A stretch of 64,000 nt of DNA from Botryllus schlosseri (Eukaryota): contig CM119372.1 in assembly GCA_051294905.1 (NCBI GenBank), positions 25,794,001 to 25,858,000 of the forward strand. The letters are read 5' to 3'. Of this stretch, positions 1 to 15,100 are shown one piece after another. Under the pieces are notes generated by a model. It had not been told where the DNA came from and made no database searches. It saw only the letters and a program-made list of their open reading frames with translations. Numbering within the stretch: position 1 is the first letter of the stretch; each line of letters starts with the position of its first letter. Position numbers and translations under genes: made by a program.

Positions 1-127
1 CTAAGACTCCAGTCGTCTTTACAATGCATTAGTTTTATAATCAAGATCAAACATTCATTCAAAACTAAACTTTTATCAACTAACAACAGCTAAGTACAGT
101 CTGAGACTTATGTAAACAGTTTCTTAC

Positions 128-3100
128 TTGTGAGACCTTCTTCCATCAATCATGAACACCGACCAATCCTCTTCCGTCAGTTTAGGAGGCGGTGGCACGG
201 GAGCAACATATTGGTCTGTCGGTGGTTCCCATTTTTTCCGGGTATCTCCATGCCCCAGCCATGGCGCTGCCTGAATAGGGTAAAGGATGATAGAATGCAT
301 AATACGATGATATTGCCAAAACAATGAAGTTAACCAACTATGTACGGCTTACATGCACAGCAGATCGGAAAAAAAAATTACCTGGAAAACAAGTTGATTC
401 TTGGTCACCGATGAGTTCCATTTGCTCCACGTGAAAGCCACTGCTGACGACATCAAAGCCATTTGATCATATATATCATCCAAGTCGACATCCTACAAAA
501 TAATTCCGCCGGTCACATGTCGAGATTACTTTTAAGACGTATTAAACCATGTATGAAAATAATATACACTTCCTTCAAAATTTATACTAATATTTACAGT
601 GACCCACCTTGTTTTGAACACTGACAAATTTATCGGAATCGACAGCGGGGAAAATGTTGACGCCAGCAATGCGAAGCAACTTTTGTATTTCGTCTGGCTT
701 CATCCACTTTTCATAGAGATGTCGTAATTCTGACGAGACCGCTTCAGGATCTTCGGGTGCTTGGAGTCTACAAGATGTGCCCTGTCAAGATAAATGTTTT
801 GTTGCACACCGGTGGGGACATAGTCAGGACCAACAGACGATTGCGCCCAACTCCATTGCTTTGCTAGTACAGTCTTTAGCAAAGATCGTGGGCAAGAAAT
901 TATTCAAGCAGGATTTCCCACGTGTGCAACTATTTCCACTTTCAATGGAGCAGTGGGAAGAACAGGCTAAACTACTTCTTTCCTACAATTTGGATTTTGG
1001 AATATAGAAAGTATTGACAGGAAAAGTTTACATCAATTTTATGAGTGAAAGTGTCAAAATGTCTCCTGTATCATGGTAACTGGTAAAAGAGAATTATTTC
1101 AAAGATAGCACCTATTTGTAGTACCATTAGTCCAGGGGCAGGCAACTTCTTCAGACAGCGGGCCGGATATGGGAAAATGAAGTACTAGGCGGGTCTGATT
1201 GATGAAGCGATACAGACTGATCATATTTTAATTTGCTCTTGAGGAATAAATATGGTTTTGCAATTGTAGTCTATATTCCTTTGCATAACAACCATGTCCA
1301 ATGGCAGCTATAGTGTTATTTGGTATGGGGACATCGTTGCTTTATTCCCATTTTACTCAATACCAAATAAGCAACAGAACAGAAAACTCAGAACACCTAT
1401 AGGCAACGTAAATTAGACTAATCAGTAGCATAGGCAATGATCATTAGACAGGGGAATAGTTGATTATTGACATAATACACCTCGTCAGGGGTCGGGAACC
1501 TTTTTCGTTAAAAGAGCCATGTTGGCCCTATATTTTCAATTGTAATTCCCAAAGAGCCATGCAACGTAAACTTTAATTCACTATTGGAAATTCGTAATGT
1601 CATAGTCGCCCGAAGTCAAAGTTCCCTACATGGGATTTGTCGCTGACCTCACATTTTCTGTGTAAACACTGATGTGAAGTGATATCACCCATGCTGAAGC
1701 ATGTTGGTCGAAATTTGAGCGCAGAGGTCGGGAACCTTTTGCAAGCTACATATTTTTCATTTCACTTTAAACTTCATTTAAGTGAGAGGGATAATATATT
1801 GTTTATCACGATTAAAGTCGGAAGCTACTGCGTATTATGCAGTAACAAACGGTTAACAGTTGAACGACTTTTAAAGGATAATTAAAAATTTATCAGAGAG
1901 CTATAATAGATCATCAAAAGAGCCATATATGGCTTTCGACCCATAGGTTCCCGACCCCTGCACCACAGGAACAGTTACAGCTCTATTCACTCTCAAACCG
2001 TGAAAAACGCAAGCCCGGTGAACGGGTAGTTCTTTGCTTATGTCGGTGCAGATAGACTAGACACCTGCTCATTGAAAGAATGCCAGCACTACTTACCTTT
2101 ATCTCAATGAATGCTTCTGCTATGGCGGCCGTTATTGTGAGCAAGCAATGATTGGGGCCTAACGGTCGCAACTCCCATTGCTGAAACGGCATGTTTACGT
2201 GCAGGTCTTGCATCAAACAGAACGTCCCGAAGTTTCGAGACTTGAACGACAACGTCCGCGTTTCATCATTGTATTCCGTGTCGTTTATACCTGTGGTCTT
2301 CCAGTGCAGCTCTGCAATGAAATGGCACGATGATATGCTCACTAGATCGAATCAGCATTAGACTGTTGGCCGGATCGTACTGAATTAAGACACTTTTTAG
2401 GAGAGGTGATTATTAGAGAAGTATTTGTACTTTTTTGGAGTAATCAACTTGGTCTTGCCTGCTTGCACAACTTATCAAGTGGTTGCATTTGCAGACTAAT
2501 TCCAACACTACTTAACAGTGTTAAAGGCAAAACCGCTTGCTTCTTACAGTTTATATTTTAAGAGGTTCTTGGAGGTACAGAACTTCAATATACAATTGAC
2601 TAGTACATTCATATAGAAATGAACCCGGAAATTTTCGGCTGACACTTGTCAGGGGTAATCATCAGCGACTACTAGAAAATGGAAAAGAACACTATATATC
2701 CACAATCGTGTCACAAAATCTGACGTCACCAGCGTGAAATTTCGAACAAAAGAGCGCCCAGTGTACTATTTTTAGATGGTACACAAACTCTTTTTGTTGA
2801 CAGTTTTTATTTTCTAACGAATGAGGTAGATTTAGGGTACGTTCGCATCACCTTATGCATGAAATTGTAATACAGTTGGATGAAATAGGCGATATATCAT
2901 GGTAGTGTAATTAATTTTCAAAAATTTCGCGTATTTGTAGTGTAATCAATCGTTTTGCATTAGTTGCTAAGATGGATTTGGCCATTTCAGAAGTAGTCAC
3001 CTTCGATTAACTGTTTAAAAAATATGCGACACCTTGAACAAATCTATACAGAGCTTCATGTTCTACTGCCACTTGAAGCAGTTTTGATATGTCATAGAAA

Positions 3101-6100
3101 TGGCCAATTTTATCATCATTACCAACGGTGACTACTTCGACCATGACCACCTCCGTATCTGTGATGTTTATTTGAGTACAGTTTAATAAGAATTTCATCA
3201 GACCTAACACCAAAAGATTGCAACGAAAAGATAGGGAGTAGTCGAAGCGACTTGGTGAAATGTTTCATTAACAGTAATTATACCCTGTTCATCCCACTTT
3301 GCGACTTGAGGCTCTTCGAAAAACATGACATCTGACGGCAACTTGATCGTGATGACTACGGAAGGCTGGGTTTGTTCCGAGATCTGCGCTTTGGTCGCGC
3401 TTTCCGAATCGTGACCCTCTTCTTTAGCAGAGGCAGCCCTTGATGAAGATTGCTTCGGTGCGAATGCTTCTGATGGATATTCGACTGTTGTCATCGGTTC
3501 GTCGATAACCTGACAGTTCAATTTGTAACCAAAATATGTTTGGGTGCCTTCTAGTAATGGCAAAGGTGGTCAAAGCAATCAGAGTGGAACTAATGCTGTA
3601 AATTTTTACTCAATTACAAGTTAGGGTTACCATATGTACTCCTTTAGGGGGATTTGTTCTGCTTTTTCAGGAAATCGAAAATGTTCTCAGAGGACGCCTA
3701 AATGTTCTCCTTAATGGGAATTCGCCCTCCTAGTCCTATAGCTTTAACAGCCAGGCCACAGTACAGGCACAACTAAAAGACGCCATAAATGATGCGAAAT
3801 CTGTAATGTGGATGTTGGAGCGGGTCCATCCGGAGTGGGACAGGAAAATGATATGAGGATTGGTCGTTGTTTATGATTTAAGGAAGAAGGTCTCTCAAGT
3901 ACCCTATTTTTTATATATCCAGCCAAATAAATATGGAAAAGTCGTCAAAAAGTTTTCAATTCCCATTCCCTTCAATTTTAGAACCATTCGTCACGATTCA
4001 CAGACGTCCAATTTACCTGGCACAAAGTCCACCCATTTATGGTCTTGGCTTGTGGCGGCAGCTTGACCAATTCGACGTGGAAAACGCCACCCAATTGATG
4101 ATATTGTCGCAAATCGATGACGTCCTCATCAAGAATATCGTCGTCCAAATCACCAATGTCGCCGTCATCATCAATAACCAGGTCTTGAGTCTCTTCATTT
4201 TCGACAGCTTGTGAGTCGAATATTAAAAAAAATCATTTGCAGTCAGGGAGGTGTTTACAAGGTCCATGGACATGTGAGATTGTGACACTTCAGCATGTGG
4301 ATTGAAGTTAATGTTAGGGTTAGGGTTTAAGACAGTTTGGAGGTTATAAAGTCAAATGCTCAATTGTCGCATGCTCCACTGTCATTTTTCGTTATGTCGT
4401 ATGCTCAGATATCACATATACATAAAAAATTATTATATAGCCTGACCTACATCTGTTGGATTGATGTATGACCGTAAGAGTTCACTTGACACGCTGAAAA
4501 CTTGTGTTGAAGTACTAGTTTCTTACTTAAATGATTAACTTGAAATATGTCACATTTTGATATAGGCAGATATCGGCTTCATAGATATAAACTACCGGTA
4601 TGTTATTATATGTCCGCGACAGCGATATCGGGTCAACATTCTGCTATCAGACCGGCCACAATTCATTTTCCGTAAAATGATAAAGGCAAAAGGGTAAAAC
4701 GCATGGTACACACTGCGCACCCCTGGTCTAAATGCACAGTGACTTGAATATTTGAAGAGCTTCTAGGAGGTACAGAACTTCAATATACAATTGAATAATA
4801 TATTCATATTGAAATAAACCCGAATATTTTCGGTTGACACTCGTCAGGGGTAATCGTCAGCAACTAGTAGAGAAATGGAAAGAACATTGTATATCAACAA
4901 TCGTATCACAAAATATGACGTCACCAGCATGAAATTTCATGAATGAGAGAGCGTTCAATGTACTATTTTTAGGTGGTACACGAACTCCTTTTGTTGACAG
5001 AGACAGTTGACAAAAGGAGTTCATGTACCACCTAAAAATAGTACATTGAACGCTCTCTCATTCATGAAATTTCATGCTGGTGACGTCATATTTTGTGATA
5101 CGATTGTTGATATACAATGTTCTTTCCATTTCTCTACTAGTTGCTGACGATTACCCCTGACGAGTGTCAGCCGAAAATATTCGGGTTTATTTCAATATGA
5201 ATATATTATTCAATTGACTTGAATATGTACTCGTAGTCCTAGGCAAACATACTTTAATACTCCAAAAAGTAGGAGTAATTTGTTACGGATAACCTCTGAG
5301 TCGACAACACGTGACAACTTGAAAATGTGTCAGATACATATAATTGACTAACACATAATCATGTGTGAGCAATTGGTCCATTTCGACACTTATTCTATTC
5401 CCTGATGCAGTTATATTGCCCAGTTGTTATATTGGGCCACAGAAAATGGCATTCGGTAAGAGATTTGAAAAGAAAGCTTCGAGCATTTCAATTGATGAAA
5501 TGGCATTTACTACCAGTCACTCACACAATTCATTCGATTGGTAGCATTGCCATCATTCAAAAAGGACACTGAAACAGTTAGGAGCTTCCTCTCCTGATCT
5601 GATGATATTTCAAGATTGACTACCGGTATTACCTTCATTCTCTGCATTTGCATCTTTTTCTTCCGAGGCTTTACTTGAATCAGCTGCTTCACTTTGTACA
5701 CTCTGTGGAAAACAGCACCTTTAGTGAGAGGATGTCAAGCACTCTTCAGCCGGGCAATAGGCCTACATATGGAATCAATCAGCTTAAGATTTGTGGACGT
5801 GATTTGAAGTAAGTGAAGGTACTGAGGTAGTTTCTTTGTTCCAAAGGCGCGACTTTGATAGAATAATATCACATAGAATAGCTTGGGAATGATAAAAGGC
5901 AGTTGCCTAGGAATACTTGAATAATAGTGCTGAAGTATTGCAAATCAAGAATAGGTTTTCAATACAGATTGGATTGATGTAAATGAATTAGTTAATAACC
6001 AGAACCACGGTCACACATTTTTCTACAAACACCAGAACAACAACAGACTATATATAAATTGTAAATCATTAGCATTAGCTTGAAACAGTAGAAGTAGCGC

Positions 6101-9100
6101 CGTTAATTTCCACACAATTACAAATACAGGTAGCTACTGCAAAGACATGTCAAAAACTACTTCAAGTAGAAGTAGAGAAGGAAGATATGAAAAGTAGGAA
6201 TGTAGGAAAGTATCTTTCGTTGTGCTGCAGCAAATTTCAATTATTTCTACCATAATGCGTGATGTAACTACTGGAATTCTTCATAAGTCCAGATTTCGCT
6301 AAAATAATTTTTTTTCAAATAAAAATTTGTCAGTTTCCAAGACAAAAAGGACATACAGTTCCCACCAGAAATGAAGATAAGTAGTACAATTGTAACATTA
6401 TGTCCGAAAACACCTAATTTTCATTCACGAGTCAAAATATTGTCAAAATTACGATTTTTAAGGTAAAAAAATAGTCATTTTTAGGATCAAAATCTTCCGT
6501 TTTTCAAGTAAAAAAATCACCCAACTTATAAGACTTTCCAAGTCTTGCACCAACCCTCCATCTTATTCCGGAAATGCTGAGCACCAAGCGGGGACGGTAC
6601 AGATGCCAGTTTTACTGAACAGGTCTTCAGTCTGTTCGGGCCAGGGATTGAACCCATGTTGTACCCATCAAGAAGCTGGACGCTCCACCATTATGCTATC
6701 TTGTCGGTAGTATGTGGTACAAGCAGCCAATAATGTAATGTTGCAATTCGTGACAACCCCAATTAAATCATTACTCACTTTTCTCCCTTCTGCTATTGAC
6801 AGTCTCTTTTCGTCGGGGTTTTGACTAGGTCTTCTTTCTGAAGATTCCTGTGTGCTGTCATCCACAGTTCCCTCCAATACGTCTTCTACAACGGCTGGAG
6901 CTACGGACTCTGTTGCGGGAGACAGGCGATATTATTTGTGACACAGAAGACAGTTACGTCCCCGTACCTGGAGCCTTTGGCTTCTTCGGTTTGGCGTGGA
7001 AGGTGGAGCATTGATGCGAGTAAAAATCGTGGCGGATCTTCAGATTTCTAACTGACAATGGAGGAACAGAGTATTTCAGTTCAAGTGATCGAGAAGTACC
7101 AGCGCCGCTGAATCTTGTTGTAGTACAAGATAGTGTATCGCAGGATTGTAATGAGTTCGACTCGAGTCGCAAGGTTTGGTGACTTGACTTGACTCGGGGC
7201 ATTTTCTCAAAATACCCAAAATGACTCGCCTTGTACTTGAGTCATTGCGCATGACTCGGACCAGGTCATATGACTTGAGAATCAGATGGCTAAGACTGAC
7301 ATTTCATTGTAATTTAGAAAAATAGCAAAGGCACCGCACTATTGGTATTTCGTGTATTAGTACTGGTACTTAAAAATGTGATCAGAAACTGTTAAAAGTG
7401 AGAAAAATTAGTATATTTGTGAATGTGAAGCAGTCGATATCACCAAGCAGTGTTGTAAAAGGTGTGTTTAACAAGACATTAACTCGAAACTGAATAGTCA
7501 ACACAACGATTTGGACTTGACTAGCTGGTGAATTGAAAATGACTCGACTTGACTCGAGTCAAAACTATAGAAGTGAGATTGACTTGTGACTTGGTTACAA
7601 CCCTGGTGTATCGTCATTTTATGGCCAGATTCATCTTACTGTAACTATTAGTCTTACGTTGAAATCAATATGCTCTTCACAAGTATACACAGCGGTGGTC
7701 AAAGTAGTCAGCGTTGCTACTCAGGTAGAAGTGGCAATCTCCAAGACATGTCAAAACTACAGCCATGGAAGCGGGATATGAAAGGTGTGAAAAACACTCA
7801 AGTAAGTGGATTTGGTGGTCGGCATTAGGACTGTACCCAAAAACTTTTTTACCAAATCTTGCTTGCTAGGCGATTAAATCGTCAGGCTGCCTAAAAAGCG
7901 ATGCTCACCAAATTTGAATCTATTCCAACCGGTAATTGCGAAGCTATTACAGTTTGAAAACCTTGAACTTATTATAAAACTTATTTTTTTAATAATAATT
8001 TTACTGCCTACCACATGAAATTATTAATTTGCCTAAATAAACGCTGCATAACAATTTTGGCCAAACTCCAACCCGTAGAAGCGAAGTTTTTAAATATTTT
8101 ATGATAAATTCAAAATTTTCCAACTGTAATAGCTTCGCGATTACTGGTGGGAATGGATTCAAATTTTAGGCAACCTGACAATTTAATCGCCTAGCAACCA
8201 AGATTCGGAAGAAGGTTCTTTTGAGCCATAGGCCACATACTTTAGTAATGAAGTACTTCTATGTTTTTGGAGTACTCAAGTATATCTTGCTTCCATGAAG
8301 GTGTTATTAGACTACCTCCGCTTGTACTACTTTTTTACAATTTGGAACAGTAGTTTTAGGGTAAGTTTGCATCAGATGAGTGAAATCGCCCTAAGAACCT
8401 CGTGAAATAATTCCAGTATCACAGTAACTAAATGAAGACTGCACCTATTTGCAGCATAGGGCTCTTCAAAGATAAATTTATTTTCAAATTTTACTTGCTA
8501 CACTATGAGATTGTAAGGTTACCCAAAAAACACTGTACATCAATTTTGGCTCAATTTCAACCTATAGATTTTGGATTTATTTAATAAAAATGATGCACAA
8601 CAAATTTTGCTCAATGCCAACCAGTAGAAGCAAAGTTACAGGATTACAAAATTTTGGACTGGGAAAAATTAGTATTTATAGTGGAAAATTCTTTAATTAT
8701 TTATTAAATATCTACCCACCGTAAATACTATGATATGAAATCTGCATTTTTGAACATCAATAACTTCACTTATACTTGTTCGAATCGAACCAAATTTATT
8801 ATACAGCGTTTTTTCAGATAATCTAACAATTTCATGAAGTAGCCAAGAAAATTAGAAAATATTTCCAATTTGTTTTTATTAAATAAATCCAAAACATTTT
8901 TCTCTTATAGCAATGCATGTATAGGTTGGTATTGAGCCAAAATAAGTGTACAGCGTTATTATACATAATCTATCAATTTTATCGAGTAGCCAGTTAAATT
9001 TGAAGAAAAAAGGTATATTTGAACAGCTCTATTACAGCGTCGTGAGTCATTTTGTGTTAGTCGTAAAGATGCATATTGCAATTTTGAAAGTAGCCATCTC

Positions 9101-12100
9101 GGATAAACTGCAAAAATCACGCGGAACCCCAACCAAATCATCTTAGAAACTATTTTCTGGTGTACTTGTCTGCTTGTGATTGAGTAGAAATTTACGGCGT
9201 TGCTTTTACCACCGTTAGGAACGAGCAGGGAGTAAGGTAAAGAACCACATATATAAACAAAACAAACGGCCCCCACTTGCTATCTCAGCCATAGCCAACG
9301 GCTTCGGAAGCTCGAAGGTGAAATTCTCCGATTCGAATGTGAACGACTTGAATCTGGGATTCTTGTTGAGATTACCCCACAGCATAATAATCTCGTGTTC
9401 GCCGCGAACGAGCTTCTGCAAATTCCCGCTTTCGGTGTCCGCCTCATAAATAGCCTCCTACAAACGATGCTGCGAATTGAGGCGTATTGATTTGCGGGTA
9501 TCGGTTGTTACTTACCCGGAGAATCTTTAACGTTCCGTCGCCGTATCGCTGTAACAGTAGATCTTGCAGAGCAAGAATTGTGTTTTTATACTGACTCTCT
9601 TGCTCAGGTGTAATGTCTTCGGGAGGTGTGTCATCCAGCAAGAAGTTGAGCTCGTAAATCAACTGTGAATGCGAAAGTATAACTATAGAAATTAAACATG
9701 GAACGGCAACGACCGATTTTGCAGCTTCGTTCCGCTTCGCTGAGGCTGGAGTGGAGAATTGTTTTGCGTAAGCGACTGTAGGATGTCTGGCAATCCAAAA
9801 TCTATCTTCCGGAGCGCAGAAATTATTGAATCTGGTCTTGATCGAAAGCTACCGTTGCACCGATTCCGAAAATATAAATTAAAATATGATCAAGCTCTGA
9901 TCCACCTAGAATCCGTCCTCCGAGTCTGAAATATCGGCATTGTTCGAACAATCGGAGAGCCGCAACAGGTCATTGTTATGGCCATTGTGTTGCGGTTACC
10001 CGATTGTTCTGAACAATGCCGATATTTCAGACTTGGAGGACGGATTCTAGGTGGATCAGTGCCTGATCATATTTCAATTTATATTTTTTGGAATCAGTGC
10101 AACGGTAGCTTTCGATCAAAACCAGATTCAGTAATTTCTGCACTCGGGAAGATAGCTTTTGGATTGCCAGAAATCCTACAGTCGCTTACGCAAAACAATT
10201 CTCCACTCCAGCCTCAGCGAAACGAAGCTGAAAAATCGGTCGCTGCCGTTCCATGTTTAATTTCTATGGTATAACACTGGTCAACAGAACGAAATAAAAA
10301 AATTTAGCAGAACATCTGAGAGCCGTTTCTGGGGTTTTCGAGCTTGCTGATTACAACTATCACATTAGTTTTGCCAGATTGGCTCTGGTTCAGAAGATAT
10401 TTATACCCCTGAAAAATCCCAAAATTGCTGTATTTACCCTTGAATATTTCACTTGGCAGGAAGTAAATCATAGATTTTCCTAATTTTATACTGCGCATAA
10501 ACAGAGAATTGACTATGAAGAACCCTCATGTCGTTCTCAGTCATTCTATCAATATTAACATGACCTGATGCGAAATATTTGTTTGTCAAAAAAGCAGTTT
10601 GTCACGCCTAACAACTGTACTTTTGCACAACGGAAATACACATGCTCCTGTATCAATTGGTCATTCTACCAAGATGAAAGAGGAGTCTAAAGCTATAAAA
10701 TTTGTCCTTGAAAAGCTTGGCTACAATACTCATATGCGTCTCATTTCTTTTGACTTGTAAATGGAAGGAGTTCACTGCATATCCAACATATTTTTGACAA
10801 AAGTTGAGATACTTTGAAATAAAAGACAGCCAATGTCGAACATGTTCCTCGGTCACTTTATAACTATTTGATGGAAGTGTTCAGTTTTCAATCAAGTAAT
10901 CATTCGTAACAAGTCTGTGACATTTGCAACAAATTACGAGAAGGCAAAAAAGTGCATATTCAGTTCAGAGTTTTCTTGAAAAATGAACCAAAAAATAGTT
11001 ATTGACAGAGGCGAAAACTTGAATGTGAAACCGTCGTGAGTTTCATGGAGAATGTATTAGTTAAACAATGAATATCTTCCAGATATAAGTGGTCAACCTG
11101 CTGTATAACATCTGACTCAAACGGTACCCGGGCTAGAGATAAACTGAAAAGTGATTTAAAAAGAATGAAAAAATTCCGATGGCCACATTTACAGTCAAGT
11201 GTCTTGTATTTCTCACAACGAAAGTGGCAGGACCAAAGTTGCATCACAACTAAAACAAAGGGAACATGGAACTATGCCAACTTGGATCGCCACTATAGCC
11301 ACTATTTTAGGGATTTATAACTGTATTCAATAGGCCAATCATCGTGCTTTTGCCAATTCAGTAGTTTGCGAATTAAGGTTTTGCTAGAGAAAGGCATAGA
11401 TGATCCATAACATAATGTATTTATGCATTGTCTCGATAATGAAGGACACCGGTGAAAAACAAAGCTATAGATTCGGAGGTAACATTTTGGAATCATTTGA
11501 CTGGTTCGGCCCGCAAGCGATCAAAAGATTACTACTTCAAGTGGAAATGGGATATGAAGGACTCAAAAGTAGGCTAGTGAAGTACGTAGCTACGAAATGT
11601 AATAACTTTGTATCTTTGATGCTCTATTTCCTATGGATTTTTTCATCACCTAAGTGATCATGCTTAGTCTCTCTCTATGAAGACAGAGCTAGACCTATAT
11701 GTATATATATCCAAGCTATCTGGAGCAATAGCCAATGACCTGGTTTGGAAAACAATCACTAACGTACATATTCAATTCAATGATCATAGATCGAACCCAT
11801 GGCTTAGCAACAGAGAATGTTTCGTACTCCTCAAATTTTTTCACTACCCGAAATGAAAATTCCTGATCTGGCATATCTAAGACTTCTTTGATATTACTGA
11901 AATCCACGATATTGAAACAAAAACCTTACGGCGTATATGAGCTTTGCCTCCTCGAGAATGTGCGCAATGTCGTTTGTTTTCGAGTCTTTTGTCAAATTTA
12001 TGTAGGTGTTGATCTCTGTCAATACGGTAGGATCCGGGGTGCCATCACATCGCATGTATCGTTCCCACTACAGAAAAGTAAAATAAATTAACTTTGGCAG

Positions 12101-15100
12101 AGACGAGGCAATATAACTGGGGCCGGAATAAATAACGGCGAAAAGGTGCATCCATCAACATATACAATACAGAGACCTGACAAGTAGCATTATTTTTGGG
12201 CTACTCTGAGGTGGGAAATGGAAGCTTTGAAATCCATGACATCGCAATTATACATTCTTACCACAGCATGAGCGCGAGCATCACGAGCAATATTTTCTGC
12301 TTTATTCTTTATAGATGTTAACCGGTCTTCGGTCCATTTGAGTTGTGATTCTCTTCTAGCTTCTTCCAATGCTTCTAGCCTTGCTAGCTCTGCCTTTTCT
12401 TGCTCCTGAATGCAATGATTTGAATCACTAGAAACACAGTCTAAATGTTAGACAAATGTGACTTGTGATAATAACCTGTTTACAGTCGGCAGGTTGCCAA
12501 TTAAGTTACTTGAGGTAGAAATACGAAACGGACACTCAGAAAATTACTCGAGTAATTGATTCATAGAAGTAGACTGCGACGAGGGGTCCAGTTGGGAGTG
12601 AGAGCTTTCATAATTGCTATATGCATGCCTAATCCATGACTAATGAATGACGACAAATGACAGAGAAATTAGGTTCAATATTTGAACTTATATTCTCTAA
12701 TAAAAATCGATTTAAATCTATCCGAATGCAACGTCCCACTTGAGCACAGTATCTGATATTTTAAAGGTAGAGCTTGGCTTAAAAAAACGATTGAAGTGAA
12801 GTAGTTGTAGTAGTAGCCAAGAAAGTAAGGAGTACGAGTCAACAGAACCTACTCCGGTACCAAACATTCCGTCTATAATATGAAATAGATAGAAAACAAA
12901 TTCGCCTTAGACACACACTCAAGTACATTATCTAATTACAACTATTGCAAAGATGGTTTCAAATATCTTCTTGTTTGTTAGGGGAAAAATTAGCAAATAT
13001 GTGGGGCATCTCGAGACCTTGGCAATTAGAGTCATGCAAATTATTAAATCAACATTGACTGATGTCAAACCAGAACGTGAATGAGACGATTCCCATGAGG
13101 CGCAACAAACTTTGCTGTTAGACAGGTCTGGTTATGCGAGGTCTTATGAAGCAAGGTCTTATGAAATGACAGTAGCCTACTCGTAGTCATATGATCTGCT
13201 GGTTTGCCCTTTTCAAAACTGAATGCTCCAGCCTTGGAACATCTTACTTCCATCACTTGATTAACAATAGTACCGATGATGTAGAAATTGGGTAGCGGTC
13301 TTTTTGACGTTTTATTGATGAACGTGCTAAGCATACTGGCAACTGTCGAAAGATCAAGACTGCTACATTGTCAGGCATTAGGCCGTGGTGAATGTTAGAT
13401 TGAGAGATCCTATCTGTTCATATCACATGTGTCTCATATCACATTGTACATTGTGAATCTTGAGCAGATAAAAATAATGAAACCGCCGAATATGATTACG
13501 GTGAATCGGTGATGGCTATCAAATCCTTGGCTTATCAATGACACAGCATCGTTAGAAATCAGCATGCACACCAAGTAAGTAATTTAAAGAAGAATTTGTC
13601 TAGAATAGGCAAACAGTTAAAAGTATCAGGCGATGGTGTCAGTGAGATGCGAATATCAGCAGGCACAAAATAGTGGTCCAGTGTTATCATATATTATATA
13701 TATTGTGCACCAACTCAAATTGTTATGTAGGCCTACATGGATTTGGGGTAAAATAGCAGCCATCCAAGGAAAGTAGTACTCATACAATAAAAGCTGGTAA
13801 TACAGTAAAATTTGAAGCTCCTCGTCAATTATTACTGACTTCTGTTAGGTATGGTTGCAATATTAGAGCGAGCACAGTATGGTTTTGCTAATTGTTATCT
13901 GTATAGGCATCAGACATGGGGTGATTACTTCATGAATGTAATCGATTGCGATTACGATTACTTATGAATCACGCGATTACGATTACGATTACAGCAAAAT
14001 CCGCGAGTAGTCGATTACGATTACGATTACTTTGGAAAAGTAATCACGATTACTCACGATTACATTCATTTTGCTTCTGAGAAGTTATCTTTGGAAGACA
14101 ACAATGCGATGAAAAGGCCTCATGAGAGAAGGTCTTTATTTTTAAATGAGATATAATGACGTCATTTCCTGTGTATGACATAATATACCATGGCATGATT
14201 CACACAGAAATGAGCATTTCGGTGCCAGTCAATACCGCGCAGCAACACAACAAGACATGCTACATTGGCCGAACATTGTGTATTTGTCCATTGTCCATAG
14301 CCGCGCTGGATGGTCGTCACTGCGGAAAATGATGAACCACGTGCATAAATGACAATTTTTGGTGCGTCTCACGAAAGCTTTTCGTTTAGTTTTCTTTTCG
14401 TCCGCTACGTTTGGGCGACTCCAATATCTGCTGACTATATAGCAGACAGGAGGTCACGAGTTAACAACATACAATAAAGTTATAGTCGTAAATTATGTGC
14501 CTAAATATTCGCGCCTGGCGCGACTGACAGCAAATTCACAGCGGATCCATCGCATCAAATCGTGTTTTCCAGTTCTTGTGAAAAGCCCGGCCTTTAAGGA
14601 GGTTCTGGGGGACTTCGCCCGCCACAAGCTTTATTGATCGCCTTATGGGGAGCACAAGATCACCATTTGTGAGAATGGCGGTGGCGAAGTGCTGTTTCGG
14701 TACTGATTCTAGCTGAAATCCACGCTAACATGGTGTGTAAGCGGATGGCTAGTGGCATATCCGAATGATGAGTATAAAATTGCGAAAGAACAATTGTTGC
14801 CCGTTTTAAGTAGGGCCGTATGAGAATATGATAAGGTAAACATCAACTTCTGACTGCAATCCACTTAATACATATATTTCGATCTGCCGTTATACGAGTA
14901 ACGGAAAATAACGGCTCGGTTATGATTTTTTTTATCAACAGCCTGGTTTTTAATGCTTCGATGTAGAAATTGTCATGTTTAATTTGGCGGGTACAAAATT
15001 TCAAATCGTTGTCCATTGTATACGTAAATAGGCCTGCCGCTCGCCAATCAGCTACGATTGCGTTTACCTAAGCATAACAAAACATCTATACATTGTACAA

